Origin: Malacoraja senta
Taxonomy: Eukaryota
Direction: 5' to 3'
Length of the DNA stretch: 64,000 nt
Assembly: GCA_038087875.1 (NCBI GenBank)
Contig: JAXLNO010000110.1
Coordinates: forward strand, 558,001-622,000
The notes beneath the pieces were generated by a model. That model was given only the letters and a program-made list of their open reading frames with translations, was not told where the DNA came from and ran no database searches. How positions within the stretch are numbered: position 1 is the first letter of the stretch; each line of letters starts with the position of its first letter. Below are positions 27,751-39,784 of this stretch, in pieces. A program made the position numbers and the translations under genes.

Positions 27751-28889
27751 AGTAGGGGGGTGCACTATCTCCTTGCGAACTTGGAGATAGTGCCTAAATC
27801 TTCCTTGATTAGAACACTGCAGAAGGTCTCATCTTCACACCATCTCCTCCTCCTCCTCCCCATCTCTCTATATCACCACCCCACCTCCCCTCACCCCTCC
27901 CACAGCTCCACCTACCCCAAATCCCCACCCACCTCCCTCTCCCTCCACTGCATCCTAAACCCTGCGATCGTCCCTGCCTCAACTACCTCCTCTAGCAGCT
28001 CGTTCCATAAGGCCCTTCGGCCCAACATGCCCACACCGGCCAACATGTCCCAGTTACACTAATCCTACCTGCCTGCTTTTGGCCTATATCCCTCTAAACC
28101 TCTCCTATCCATAAACCTGTCTCACTGTTTCTCAAATGTTTGGATAGTCCTTGCCTCAACTACCTCCTCTGGCAGCTCGTTCCATACACCCACCACCCTT
28201 TGACAATAGACCAGAGGTGCAGTAGTAGGCCATTTGGCCCTTCGAGCCAGCACCGCCATTCCATATGATCATGGCTGATCATGCACAATCAGTACCCCAT
28301 TCCTGCCTTCTCCCCATATCCCCTATCTTTAAGAGCTCTATCTAAGCTCTTGTGTGAAAATGTTACCCCTCAGAATCCTATTAAATCTTTTCCCCTTCAC
28401 CTTAAACCTATGTCCTCTGGTCCTCGATACCCCTACTCTGGGCATGTTTCTTTCATGATTTTATACACCTCTATAAGATCACCCCTCATCCTCCTGCGCT
28501 CCAGGGAATAGAGTCCCAGTCTGCTCAACCTCTCCCTGTAGCTCAGAACGAGTCCCAGCAACATCCTCGTAAATCTTCTCTGTACCCTTTCCAACTTGAC
28601 AACATCTTTCCTGTAACATGGTGCCCAGAACTGAACACAATACTCTAAATACACCCTCACCAACGTCTTGTACAACTGCAACATGACCTCCCAACTTCCA
28701 TACTCAACGCTCTGACTGATTGAGGCCAATGTGCCAAAAGCCTTTTTGACCGCCCTGTCTACCTCTAACGTATCCCTGAGAACATTTAATGCTTTTCTCC
28801 CATCGCTCTCTGATAATTTCTTCCCTCCCACTCTCCTCAGACAAAGCTGAGGGTGGGGAGACGGCGACCCTGGCTCCAAAGTCTCCGGT

Positions 28890-29425
28890 CCTTTGGAATT
28901 TTTGGGCCCCATATCTGGGGAAGGATGTGCTGGCTCTGGAGAGGGTCCAGAGGAGGTTTACGAGAATGATCCCAGGAATGAGTGGGTTAACATATGATGA
29001 GTGTTTGTCGGCACTGGACCTTTACTCGCTGGAGGTTAGAAGAATGAGGGGGGGACCTCATTCAAACGTACAGAATAGTGAAAGGCCTGGATAGAGTGGA
29101 TGTGGAGTGGATGAGAGAGAGAGAGAGAGAGAGTCTAGAACCAGAGGTCACAGCCTCAGAATTAAAGAACGTTCCTTTAGGAAGGAGATGAGGAGGAATT
29201 TCTTCAGTCAGTGGGTGGTGAATCTGTGGAATTCATTGTCACAGAAGGTTGTGGAGGCCAAGTCAGTGGATATTTTTAAGGAGGAGATTGATAGATTCTT
29301 GATTAGTACAGGTGTCAGGGGTCATGGGGAGAAGGCAGGAGAATGGGGTTGAGAGGGAGAGATAGATCAGTCATGATTGAATGGCGGAGTAGACTTGATG
29401 GGCCGAATGGCCTAATTCTGCTCCT
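28890..29425 (+). mobile_element. CR1 LINE 3' fragment
   Basis: WAPYLGKDVLALERVQRRFTRMIPGM...VVNLWNSL, then the 3' UTR. Confidence 0.85.
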
Positions 29426-29775
29426 AGAACACATAAGGTCAGAAGTGAAAGGAGCAGAATTAGGTCATTCGGCCCATCAAGTCTACTCATCCAGTCGAAC
29501 ATGGCTGATCTATCTCTCCCTCCTAACCCCATTCTCCTGCCTTCTCCCCGTAACCCCTGACACCCGTATTGATCACCTTCCCTGTGTCCCCTGTATCTCG
29601 TCCTGTTGGAATTTTAAATTGTATGGGAAGGAACTGCAGATACTGGTTTAAACCGAAGATAGACACAAAATGCTGGAGTAACTCAGCGGGACGGGCAGTA
29701 TCTCTGGAGGGAAGGAATGGGGGACGTTTTGGGTCGAGACCCTTCTTCAGTCTGAAGACTACAGACTTCATGAGT

Positions 29776-29803
29776 CTGAAGAAGGGTCTCGACCCGAAAC
29801 GTC
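29776..29803 (+). ncRNA. Minimal type I (short stem III) hammerhead ribozyme motif in a Penelope pLTR
   Basis: CTGAAGA-A-GGGT-CTCG-ACCC-GAAA-CGTC. Flanks ATGAGT/ACCCAT can form stem I (5 of 6 pairs). Confidence 0.65.
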
Positions 29804-29932
29804 ACCCATTCCTTCTCTCCAGAGATGCTGCCTGCCCCGCTGAGTTACTCCAGCTTTTTGTATCTACTGGAATTTTAAGTTGTCGAGGGGTTTGCGTCTG
29901 ACCCTCTCTCTCTCTCCCATTGCTCCGTGCAG

Positions 29933-30081
29933 GCCAGCGGAGGAGGATCGAGTGCCCGGGGACCGCGTTGGCTGCCCCGAGACGGGAGGGCAGACGAGGA
30001 ACGGTGGACGGCACCGGGCAGACCCCAGCCCTCCCGCCGAAGAAACTGGCCCGGCACTCGGCAACAAACCTACGGGCAGCG
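29933..30081 (+). CDS. TTC24: Probable TTC24 exon in the low-complexity C-terminal region (frame ambiguous)
   Basis: Branch-like CTGAC, (CT)n tract and gtgcAG acceptor; donor G|GTAAGG; GC-rich unique island between repeats. The frame PAEEDRVPG...KPTGS ends in phase 1, matching the acceptor at 33182. Confidence 0.55.
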
Positions 30082-30915
30082 GTAAGGCCGGTGAAGTTAC
30101 TCCCGTTGTTGTTGTTGAGTGGAATACAGATCGATATCGCAGCGGGTAGAGCTGCTGCCTCACAGCGCCAGAGACCCGGGTTCCATCCTGACCACGGGGA
30201 CTGTCTGTACGGAGTTTGTACCTTCTCCCCTGTGACCTGCGTGGGTTTTCTCCGGGTTCTCCGATTTCCTCCCACACTCCAAAGTTTGTAGGTTAATTAG
30301 CTTTGGTAAAATTATCCCTAGTGTGTGTTGGATAGTGTTAGTGTACGGGATCGCTGATCAGCACCAACTCAGTTGGCCGAAGGGCCTGTTTCCACGCTGT
30401 ATCTCATAGAGACATAGAAAATAGGTGCAGGAGTAGGCCATTCGGCCCTCAGAGCCAGCACCGCCATTCAATATGATCATGGCTGATCATCCAAACTCAG
30501 TACCCAGTATCCCTTGATTCCATTAGCTCTCTCTAAAGTCACTCTAAAGTCTCCAAAGCACTTTATATTCTGGAGTAACTCAGCGAGTCTGGCAGCATCT
30601 CTGGAGAGAAGGAATGGGTGACATTTTGGGTCGAGACCCTTCTTCAGTCTGAAGGGGTGGTGGTGGAGGCAGATACGATCGTGGTGTTTTAGAGGCTTGT
30701 GGACGGGCCCACGGATATGCAGGGAATGGAGGATACGGATCACGAGCAGGCAGAGGATATCAGTTTAACGGCATCACGTTCGGCACGGACGTTGTGGGCC
30801 GAAGGGCCTGTTCCCATGCGGTATTGTTCTATGTTCTATCGGGCAAGGTCCAGCCCCAAGACTCCGTGAACAAGGTGATGAACCACAAATACATGGTCCA
30901 TGACTGGCAGATTAC

Positions 30916-31222
30916 AGTCACGGTGGCGCAGCGGTAGAGTTGCTGCCTTACAGCAAATGCAGCGCCGGAGACCCGGGTTCCATTCTGACTACGGGTGCCG
31001 TCTGTAAGGAGTTTGTACCTTCTCCCCGTGACCTGCGTGGGTTTTCTCCGAGATCTTCGGTTTCCTCCCACATTCCAAAGACGTGCAAGTTTGTCGTCTA
31101 ATTGGCTTGGTAAATGTAAAAAATGTACCTAGTGGGTGTAGGATAGTGTTAGTGTGCGGGGATCGCTGGTCGGCGCGGACCCAGTGGGCTGAAGGGCCTG
31201 TTTCCATGCTGTGTCTCTAAAC
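30916..31222 (+). mobile_element. HE1-like V-SINE (an inverted copy lies at about 31545-31812)
   Basis: Full head, V domain and tail structure. Confidence 0.85.
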
Positions 31223-33181
31223 AGTTTCAGCGGTTCCATTTTCCCTCTGAGAGATATATCCTGAAGAAGGGTCCCAACCCGAAAGGTCAAATGTCTATTT
31301 TTCTTCCACTAAAGCTGCCTGTCCTTCCGAGTTTTAGTTTAGTCTGGTTTAGAAATACAGCGTGGAAACAGACTAACACCAACACTATCCTGAAGATGCT
31401 GGAGTAACTCAGCGGGACAGGCAGCATACCTGGAGAGAAGGAAATGGGTGACGTTTCGGATCGAGACCTTCTCTCCAGAGATGCTGCCTGTCCCGCTGAG
31501 CTTTTTGTGTCTATGTTTTAAACCAGCATCTGCAGTTCCTTCCCACACTAACACTATCCTACACACTGGGGACAATTTCCAATTTTACCGAAGCCAATTA
31601 ACCTACAAACTTGCATGCATTTGGAAGAAACTGGATTAACGTACACACCTGCGCGTCTTTGGAGTGTGGGTGGAAACTGGAGCACCCGGAGAAAACCCAC
31701 GCAGGTCACGGGGAGAACGAACAAACTCTGTGCAGACAGCACCCGTAGTCGGGATCGAACCCGGGTCTCTGGCGCTGTGAGGCAGCAACTCTACCGCCCC
31801 ACCACTGTGCTGCCCAACACGTTATGTTGTGCTCAGGACTTCAGCATCTGCAGTCTCTTGTGGATCCATCCTCTCCTTGTCCCTCTCCTGCTTGGCATTG
31901 ACACAAAGGTCACAGAGTCATTCAGCAGGGAAACAGGCCCTTCGGCCCAGCTCGTCCATGCTGACTCAGATGCCCCATCTTCACTAGTCCCATTTGCCCG
32001 CATTTGGCTCATATCCCTCTAAACCCTCCCCTAGAGACCTGGCAACATACTCGAAAATCCTCTCTGAGCCCTTTCCATTTTAACAACATCTATCCCATGG
32101 CAGGGTGACCAAAACTGAACACAATACTCTAAACATTAAACATTTATTATTCATGTTTGATGTTTTATGTGTCATTCTTAATTGTTACTGTACGTTGTGT
32201 TGTTACTTGCGGGCGGAGCACCAAGGTAAATTCCTTGTATGTGTACATACTTGGCCAATATACTTATTCATTCATTCATTCATTCAAGTGGCCACACTGA
32301 CGTCTTATACAACAGTAACGGGACCTCCCAACGTCTATAGTTTTAGTTTTAGTTTTAGAGATACAGTGCGGAAACAGGCCCTTCGGCCCTCCGAGTCTAT
32401 ACCGACCAGCGAGCCTCGCACATTAATACTATCCACACGCTAGGGCCAATTTTTACATCTACAAACCTGTCCTTTTTTTTTTTTTTTTTAACCAAAAAAA
32501 TAAATTTGAATCAACTGTTTACAAAAATACACACAAAAGCACAAAAAAACCCCACCACCATAATACAAAATAATGCAAATATTCTTAAATATTAAATCAC
32601 AATTTCCCCATCCTTATTGAGGGTACACTCCACCCCCCGCGGGGCCCAGCGGTCCCAGAAATACCCCAGGGCGCCCGTTCACAGTGCGACCTGCTCGTCT
32701 TTGGAGTGTGGGAGGAGACCGAAGATCTTGGAGAAAACCCACGCAGGTCGCGGGGAGAACGTGCAAACTCCGTACAGACAGCGGCCTTAGTCGGGGTCGT
32801 AACCGGGTCTCTGGCGCCGTGGGGCAGCAGCTCTACCGCTGCGCCACCGTGCCGCCTCACGGGTCTGCCTGCAATCCTCCTTCTACCGCGAAACCTTGGT
32901 CAGCGTGGACAAGTCGGGCCGAAGCTGTCACCTTCCCCTCAGCTAACAATGATCTATTCTACATTATCTTTGAAGTTTGTCCCCTTTGATATTTTGTTTT
33001 CACACCTTACCCTTCCATGTCTCCCTCTCCCCCCTGACTGCTCCTTGGCCCTGTGAGGCAGCAACTCTGCCGCTGCGCCACCGTGCCGCCCTGGCGCGGT
33101 GATGTCCATCCGCTCATGAACCTCTATCTTCGTAGGGCAGAGGCCCACTCAACCTTGATCCCGAACTGTCTCCTCTTCCAG

Positions 33182-33365
33182 ACCCAGCGGGCATGGTGAG
33201 TGGAGCAGCGACCGGGGGCAACGGCAGGAGTTTACCGCAGACGGGGACGGCCGCAGAGGCGGAGAGGGGAGTCGTGACTGCCGTGGCTGAGGGCCCAGGG
33301 CAGGGTGAGGAGGAGGAGGAGGAGGAGGAGGAGGAGCGCTGGATCAGCCCAGCGCAGGCCAACAG
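33182..33365 (+). CDS. TTC24: TTC24 exon (DPAGMVSGAATGG...EEEEEEEEEERWISPAQANR)
   Basis: Acceptor ctcttccAG| (alternative in-frame acceptor at 33136), donor AG|GTAACA in phase 2. Joins the next exon to give QANRNLNNTY. Contains (GAG)10. Confidence 0.72.
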
Positions 33366-33708
33366 GTAACAGCTTCCCATTCACCCAGCCCGCACCAGCA
33401 TCTCCCCCACTCACCCCCACACCTCTGTCTGGCCGAAGGGCCTGTATCTCTAAACTAAACTAAACTAAACTATTGTTTAAGAAAGAACTGCAGATGCTGG
33501 AAATATCGAGGGTATTGCTGGAGAAAGGGTTCTTCAGACTGAAGGGTCTCGACCTGAAACGTCGCCTATTCCTTCGCTCCATAGACGCTGCCTCACCCAC
33601 TGAGTTTCCCCAGCATTTTTGTCTACCTTAAACTAAACTACTGATAGACACAAAGTGCTGGAGTAACTCAGCGGGACAGGCAGCATTCTCTGGAGAGAAG
33701 GAATGGGT

Positions 33709-33736
33709 GACGTTTCGGGTCGAGACCCTTCTTCAG
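33709..33736 (-). ncRNA. Minimal hammerhead ribozyme motif (Penelope pLTR)
   Basis: Reverse complement is CTGAAGAAGGGTCTCGACCCGAAACGTC. Confidence 0.55.
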
Positions 33737-35164
33737 ACGGTCCCTCTGAGTTACTCCAGCTTTTTGTGTCTAACCTCGGTTTAAACCATCATCTGCAGTT
33801 CCTTCGTAAACTAAACTACTGTCACGAGGTAGAGTGAAAAACATTTTTGTTTCGTGGTAATCCAGCCAACGGATAGACTACACATGATTACAATCGAGCC
33901 ATCTACGGTGTACAGATACATAATCAAGGGAAGATAGACACATAATGCTGGAGTAACTCAGCGGGACAGGCAGCATCTCTGGAGAGAAGGAATGGGTGAA
34001 GTTTCAGGTTGAGACCCTTCTTCAGACTAGAGACTAGTTCTCTCTACATCACTGGGCCTGTACTCGCTCTAGTTTAGAAGAATGTGGGGGGGACCTCATT
34101 GAAGCGTACAGAGTAGTGAAAGGCTTGGATGTGGAGAGTGGATGTTTCCACTAGTGGGAGAGTCTAGGACCAGAGGGCACAGCCTCAGAATTAAAGAACA
34201 TTCCTGTATATATACTCGTTTCTCTTTCCCTTGACTAGTCTGAAAGGTCCAGACCCGAAACGTCACCCATTTCTTCTCTCCAGAGATGCTGCCTATCCCA
34301 TTGAGTTACTTCAGCTTTTTGTGTCTCTATTTTAAACCAGCATCTGCAGTTCCTTCTTACACAGGTTTAGTTTATCTTGGTTTAGAGATACAGCGCGGAA
34401 ACAGGCCCTTCGGCCCACTGAATCCGCGCCGACCATGCGATCCCCGTACATTAGCACTATCCTACACAACAGGGACAAGTTACAATCTTACCAGTTAACC
34501 TATAAACCTGTACGTCTTCAAAGATCTCGGAGAAAACCCACGCAGGTGACGGGGAGAATGTACAAACTCCGTACAGACAGCACCTGCCTGCGCTTGGGCC
34601 ATATCTCTCTAAACCTTTCCCACTCATGTACCTGTCCAAATGCCTCTTAAACATTATGATAGTCCCTGCCTCGACTACCTCCTCCGGCAGCTTGTTCCAT
34701 ACACCCGCCACCCTTTATGTATCTGTGAATCACAGAGGATGAACAGTCAGAGAGGGTCTCACAGAACTCCTGTCTGAGAGTGGAGGCACAGAGACAGACA
34801 CAAAAAGCTGGAGTAACTCAGGCAGCATCTCTGGATAGAAGGAATGGGTGACGTTTCGGATTAAGACCCTTTGTCAGTCAGAGTCAGGGGAGAGGGAGAC
34901 ACAGAGATATGGAAGGGTAAGGTGTGAAAACGAGGGAACAAAGGGGACGCAGTTCAAGGAGAATGTCCAATAGATCATTGTTAGCTTGGGGAAGGTGACA
35001 ACGAGGCGTGTAGCGATTAAATGTAATCAGGAGGACAGTCAGACTGGTCGGAGAACTTGGATGGGGGAGGGATGGAGAGAGAGGGAAAGCAAGGGTTACT
35101 TGAAGTTAGAGAAGTTCAAAGTAGGCATAGTTTGAGGAGTTCAAAGTAGGCATGTGTCTATCTT

Positions 35165-35460
35165 CAGTTTAGTTTAAGGATGCAGCCTGGAAACAGGCCC
35201 TTCGGCCCACTGAGTCCGTGCTGACCAGCGATCCCCCACACACTAGTTCTGTCCTACACACCAGGGACAATTTACAGAAGCCAAGTAACCGACAAGCCTG
35301 CACGTCACTGGAGTGTGGGAGGAAACCGGAGCACCCGGTGAAAACCCACGCGGTCACAGGGAGAACGTACAAACTCCGTACAGACAGCACCCGTTGTCAG
35401 GATCGAACCGGGGTCTCTGGTGCTGTGAGGCAGCAATGCTACCGCTGCGCCACCGTGCCA
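35165..35460 (-). mobile_element. HE1-like V-SINE
   Basis: Full structure on the minus strand. Confidence 0.85.
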
Positions 35461-35704
35461 CCCACAATTGGTTAATAAAGTGAGAGAGAGGGACAACTTG
35501 TTCGCTCAGAGGGTAGTCCGTATCTGGAACGAGCTGCCAGAAGAAGCTATAGAAGCAGATACAATTATGACTTTCTACAGACATTTGGACAGATATATAA
35601 TAGGAAGTGTTATGAGGGATGTCGGCCAAATGCTGCCCTTAAAACAAACCATAGATTGTAAACCAGCATCTGCAATTCCATGTTTCTACAAAAATAATCC
35701 TCAG

Positions 35705-36250
35705 CATGGACTCCTGTATATCAGCGAGACCAAGCGCAGGCTGCACACCTCCACTCAGTCCGCCCAAACCTACCTGATCTCCCGGTTGCTCGACACTTTA
35801 ACTCCCTCTCCCATTGCCACACTGACCTTTCTGGCCTGGGCCTCCTCCATTGTCAGAGTGAGGCCCAGCTCAAATTGGAGGAACAGCACCTCATATTGCT
35901 CTTGGGCAGCTTACACCCCAGCGGTATGAACGTTGACTTCTCTAACTTCAAGTAACCCTCTCTCTCCATCCCTCCCCCTTGCCAGTTCTCCGACCAGTCT
36001 GACTGTCTCCAACTAGTTTATCTCTTGTTTGATTTGTTATTACCTTCTCCCAACCAACAATGATCTTTTCAACATTTTCCTTGATCTCTATTCCCTTTGG
36101 CCTGTTTTCACACCGTACACTTCCTTATCGCTGTACCTCTCTGTCAACCTGACATCAGTCTGAAGAAGGGTCTCGACCCGAAACGTCGCCCATTCCTTCT
36201 CTCCAGAGATGCTGCCTGTCCCGCTGAGTTACTCCAGCATTTTGTGTCTT
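35705..36250 (+). mobile_element. Penelope-like element 3' end: GIY-YIG remnant, 3' UTR and pLTR with hammerhead motif (36160-36187)
   Basis: LLYISETKRRL...KLEEQHLI..LHPSGMN.DFSNF* followed about 200 nt later by CTGAAGAAGGGTCTCGACCCGAAACGTC. Confidence 0.85.
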
Positions 36251-36340
36251 ATCTCAGCATGGACCAGTTGGGCCGAATGGCCTGGTTCTGTGCTCTAAGA
36301 CTCTCTGTTCTATGACCTCTTCCCTCTGTGTTATCCGCAG

Positions 36341-36423
36341 AAACTTAAACAACACGTATCTGCAGCCGGACCCAACGTATATGAACAGCCCGCAGCTCGG
36401 GACGTTGAAAACAGCAGATAAGA
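36341..36423 (+). CDS. TTC24: TTC24 exon (RNLNNTYLQPDPTYMNSPQLGTLKTADK)
   Basis: Acceptor atccgcAG|, donor A|GTAAGT, phase 2-1, in frame with both neighbours. Confidence 0.82.
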
Positions 36424-36432
36424 GTAAGTATC

Positions 36433-36980
36433 GGTCACAGTGGCGCAGCGGTAGAGTTGCTGCCTTATAGCGAATGGAGCGCCGGAGACCTGGGTTCCAT
36501 CCCGTCTACGGGTGCTGTCTGTACAGAGTTTGTACGTTCTCCCCGTGACCTGCGTGGGTTTTCTCCGAGATCTTTTTCACACAGAGAGTTGTGAGTCTGT
36601 GGAATTCTCTGCCTCAGAGGGCGGTGGAGGCCGGTTCTCTGGATACTTTCAAGAGAGAGCTAGATAGGGCTCTTAAAAATAGCGGAGTCAGGGGATATGG
36701 GGAGAAGGCAGGAAAGGGGTACTGATTGGGGATGATCAGCCATGATCACATTGAATGGCGGTGCTGGCTCGAAGGGCCGAATGGCCTACTCCTGCACCTA
36801 TGCCTATTGTCTATTTACGGTTTCCTCCCACACTCCAAAGACATGCAGGTTTGTAGGTTAGTTGGCTTAGTGAATGTATACCAAGTGGGAGTAGGATGGT
36901 ATTAATGTGCGGGGATCGCTGGTTGGCACGGACCCGGTGGGCCGAAGGGCCTGTTTCCGCGCTGTATCACTAAACTAAGC
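36433..36980 (+). mobile_element. V-SINE interrupted by a CR1 3' fragment (about 36575-36815)
   Basis: SINE head and V domain broken at GAGATCTT and resumed at CGGTTTCCTCCC. Confidence 0.8.
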
Positions 36981-37285
36981 TGGGGAAATCTGGGGGCTGA
37001 TTGCGTGTTAAACCAGCTGCTTGTGACTCAACTGCCTGAGCATGGGAGCCGTGTGGGACTGGACTGTAAACATGGCCACAACAAAGAGCAGTGCACCAAT
37101 GGTCACACTGCCAGCAGAGGTTGCACAAACGGGATGCAAACCTTGACATTTAGGAGGTGCAAAGGTGACTCGGGTGAAGCTGTCAATGCAAACTTGCCAA
37201 CTGACGGAATGAACGGTGAAGATAGACATATATTGCTGGAGTAACTCAGCGGGACAGGCAGCATCTCTGGAGCGAAGGAGTGGGT

Positions 37286-37313
37286 GACGTTTCGGGTCGA
37301 GACCCTTCTTCAG
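37286..37313 (-). ncRNA. Minimal hammerhead ribozyme motif (Penelope pLTR)
   Basis: Reverse complement is CTGAAGAAGGGTCTCGACCCGAAACGTC. Confidence 0.55.
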
Positions 37314-39784
37314 AATGAATGGTGAGATAGTTTAGTTTAGAGATACCGCGTGGAAACAGGCCCTTCGGCCCACCGAGTCCGCGCCGACCAGCGATCCCCG
37401 CACACCAACACTATCCGACACACACTAGGGACAATTTATCATTTTACCGAAGCCAACTCACCCACAAACCGGCACGTCGTTGGGATATGGGAGGAAACTG
37501 GAGCTCCCTGGAAAAAACCCACGCAGGACACAAGGAGAACGTGTGAACTCCATACAGACATCAGCTGTAGTCAGGATCGAACCCCGGTCTCGGGCGCTGT
37601 GAGGCAGCAACCCTACCTGCTGTGCCACCGTGTACCCTGTGTGTTGCTGTTGGTCAGGGAGTTCAGGACAGTGGGTGGGGTGGCCCCATAGAGCACAGTA
37701 ACAGGCCCTTCGGCTCACCGAGTCCACGTTGACCATCGGCCACCCATTCACACCGACTCCGTTATATTCCTATGAACCCCCCCCCCCCCCCCCCACAGAC
37801 TCTACTGTCTTTAGGGGCATCACAGTGACACAGCGGTAGAGTTGGTGCCTCACAGCGCCAGAGACCCAAGTTCGATCTCGACTACAGGTGCTGTCTGTAC
37901 GGAGTTTGTACGTTCTCCCCGTCAGTGTGCGGGGATCGCTGGTCGGTGCGGACTCGGTGGGCCGAAGGGCCTGTTTCCGCGCTGTATCTCTAAACTAAAG
38001 TAAACTAATCTCAAGTTGGGTTCAACCCTGACTAGGGGTCAAAGACTTGTCCCTGTCCCAACAGTAATTGACAGTCACGGTGGGGCAGCGGTAGAGTTGC
38101 TGCCTTACAGCAAATGCAGCGCCGGAGACCCGCTATTCCATCCCAACTACGGGTGCCACTGGACTGCAGCGGGATGCCTCACGCTGTGGAGAGATCTCTA
38201 AAACCACTGAAACTCTCCATGCCGGTCTCACTCGTGGTTTGGGAACAGCTCCATCCACGACCGCAAGAGACCGCAGAAAACTGTGCCCGAAGTCCAGACC
38301 GTCACACAAACCAACCTCCCCTTCCACCGACTCCATCTATACCTCACGCTGCCTCGGCAAGGCCAGCAGCATAATCACGGACCAGTCTCACCCCCCGGTC
38401 ACTCCCTCTTCTCCCCTCTCCCATCGGGCAAGAGGTACAGATGTGTGAAAAGGAACGCACACACACACCTCCAGATTCAGGGACAGTTTCTTCCCGGCTG
38501 TTATCAGGCAACTGAACCGTCCTCTCACCAACTAGAGAGCGGTCCTGACCTCCCATCCACCTCATTGGAGACCCTCAGATGATCGGCCTCTGTGTGGATG
38601 TGGAGAGGAAGTTTCCACTAGTGGGAGAGTCTAGGACCAGAGGGCACAGCCTCAGAATTAAAGGTGAATCTGTGGAATTCTTTGCCACAGATGGCTGTGG
38701 AGGCCATGTCAGTGGATATATTTAAGGCAGAGATAGATTCTTGATTAGTACTGGTGTCAGAGGTTATGGGGAGAAGGCAGGAGAATGGGGTTGGGAGGGA
38801 GAGATAGATCAGCCATGATTGAACGGCAGAGGAGACTTGATGGGCCGAATGGCCCAATTCTACTATCCCTTTATCATCTACTGGACTTTACCTTGCACTA
38901 AACGTTATTCCCTTTACTCTGTACCTGTACACTGTGGACGGCTCGATTGTAATCAAGTATGGTCTTTCCGTTGACTGGATAGCATGAAAACATAAATCAT
39001 AATCATATTTTATTAGCCAGTTATGTTTTGCAACATACGAGGAATTTGATTTGCCATACAGTCATACCAGTAAAAAGCAACAGAACACACCAAATACATT
39101 TTAACATGAACATCCACCACAGTGACTCCTCCACATTCCTCACTGTGATGGAAGGCGGAAAAAAGTTCAATCTCTTCCCTTCTTTGTTCTCACGCGGTCG
39201 GGGGCATCGAGCCTTCCATTGACGGGACGATCTTGGCTCCTGTAGCCTGCGGTCGGGCCCTCCGCGTTGTGGCGATCAAGCTCCTGCATCGGGGGGATCT
39301 CAGCTCCCCCGCGCCGGGCGATCTGACCCCGTGTCGGGGCTGGTCGAAACCTTCTGCGTCGTTTGGAGCTTCCCGACATCTGTCTCTACCCGAGACTGCG
39401 AGCTCCTCGATGGTGAAATCCGCAGGCCGCGGTTGGAGCGTCGATCCCAGGCAAGGGATGGGCTCCGATGGTAAGTCCACGGCCCCGCGGTGGGGCTCAA
39501 AGTCAGTCCCGAGCGAGGCCTCCAGCTCCACGATGTTAGGCCTCAGAGCGACCGGAGATACAATCCGGAAAACAATCGCATCTCCGGCAAGTGATGCCCC
39601 CCACATAAAACAAACCAGAGAACATTAACACAAACTTTTAAAACACACTAAATAAACAACAAAAAGACGAAAAGACAGACAGACTGTTGGTGAGGCTGCC
39701 ATCATGCGGCGCCCCCTGCTGGTCCTTTTCACTGTACACGTGACAGTAAACTAATCTGAACTCTATTCCTTCTGTCGTCCACAG

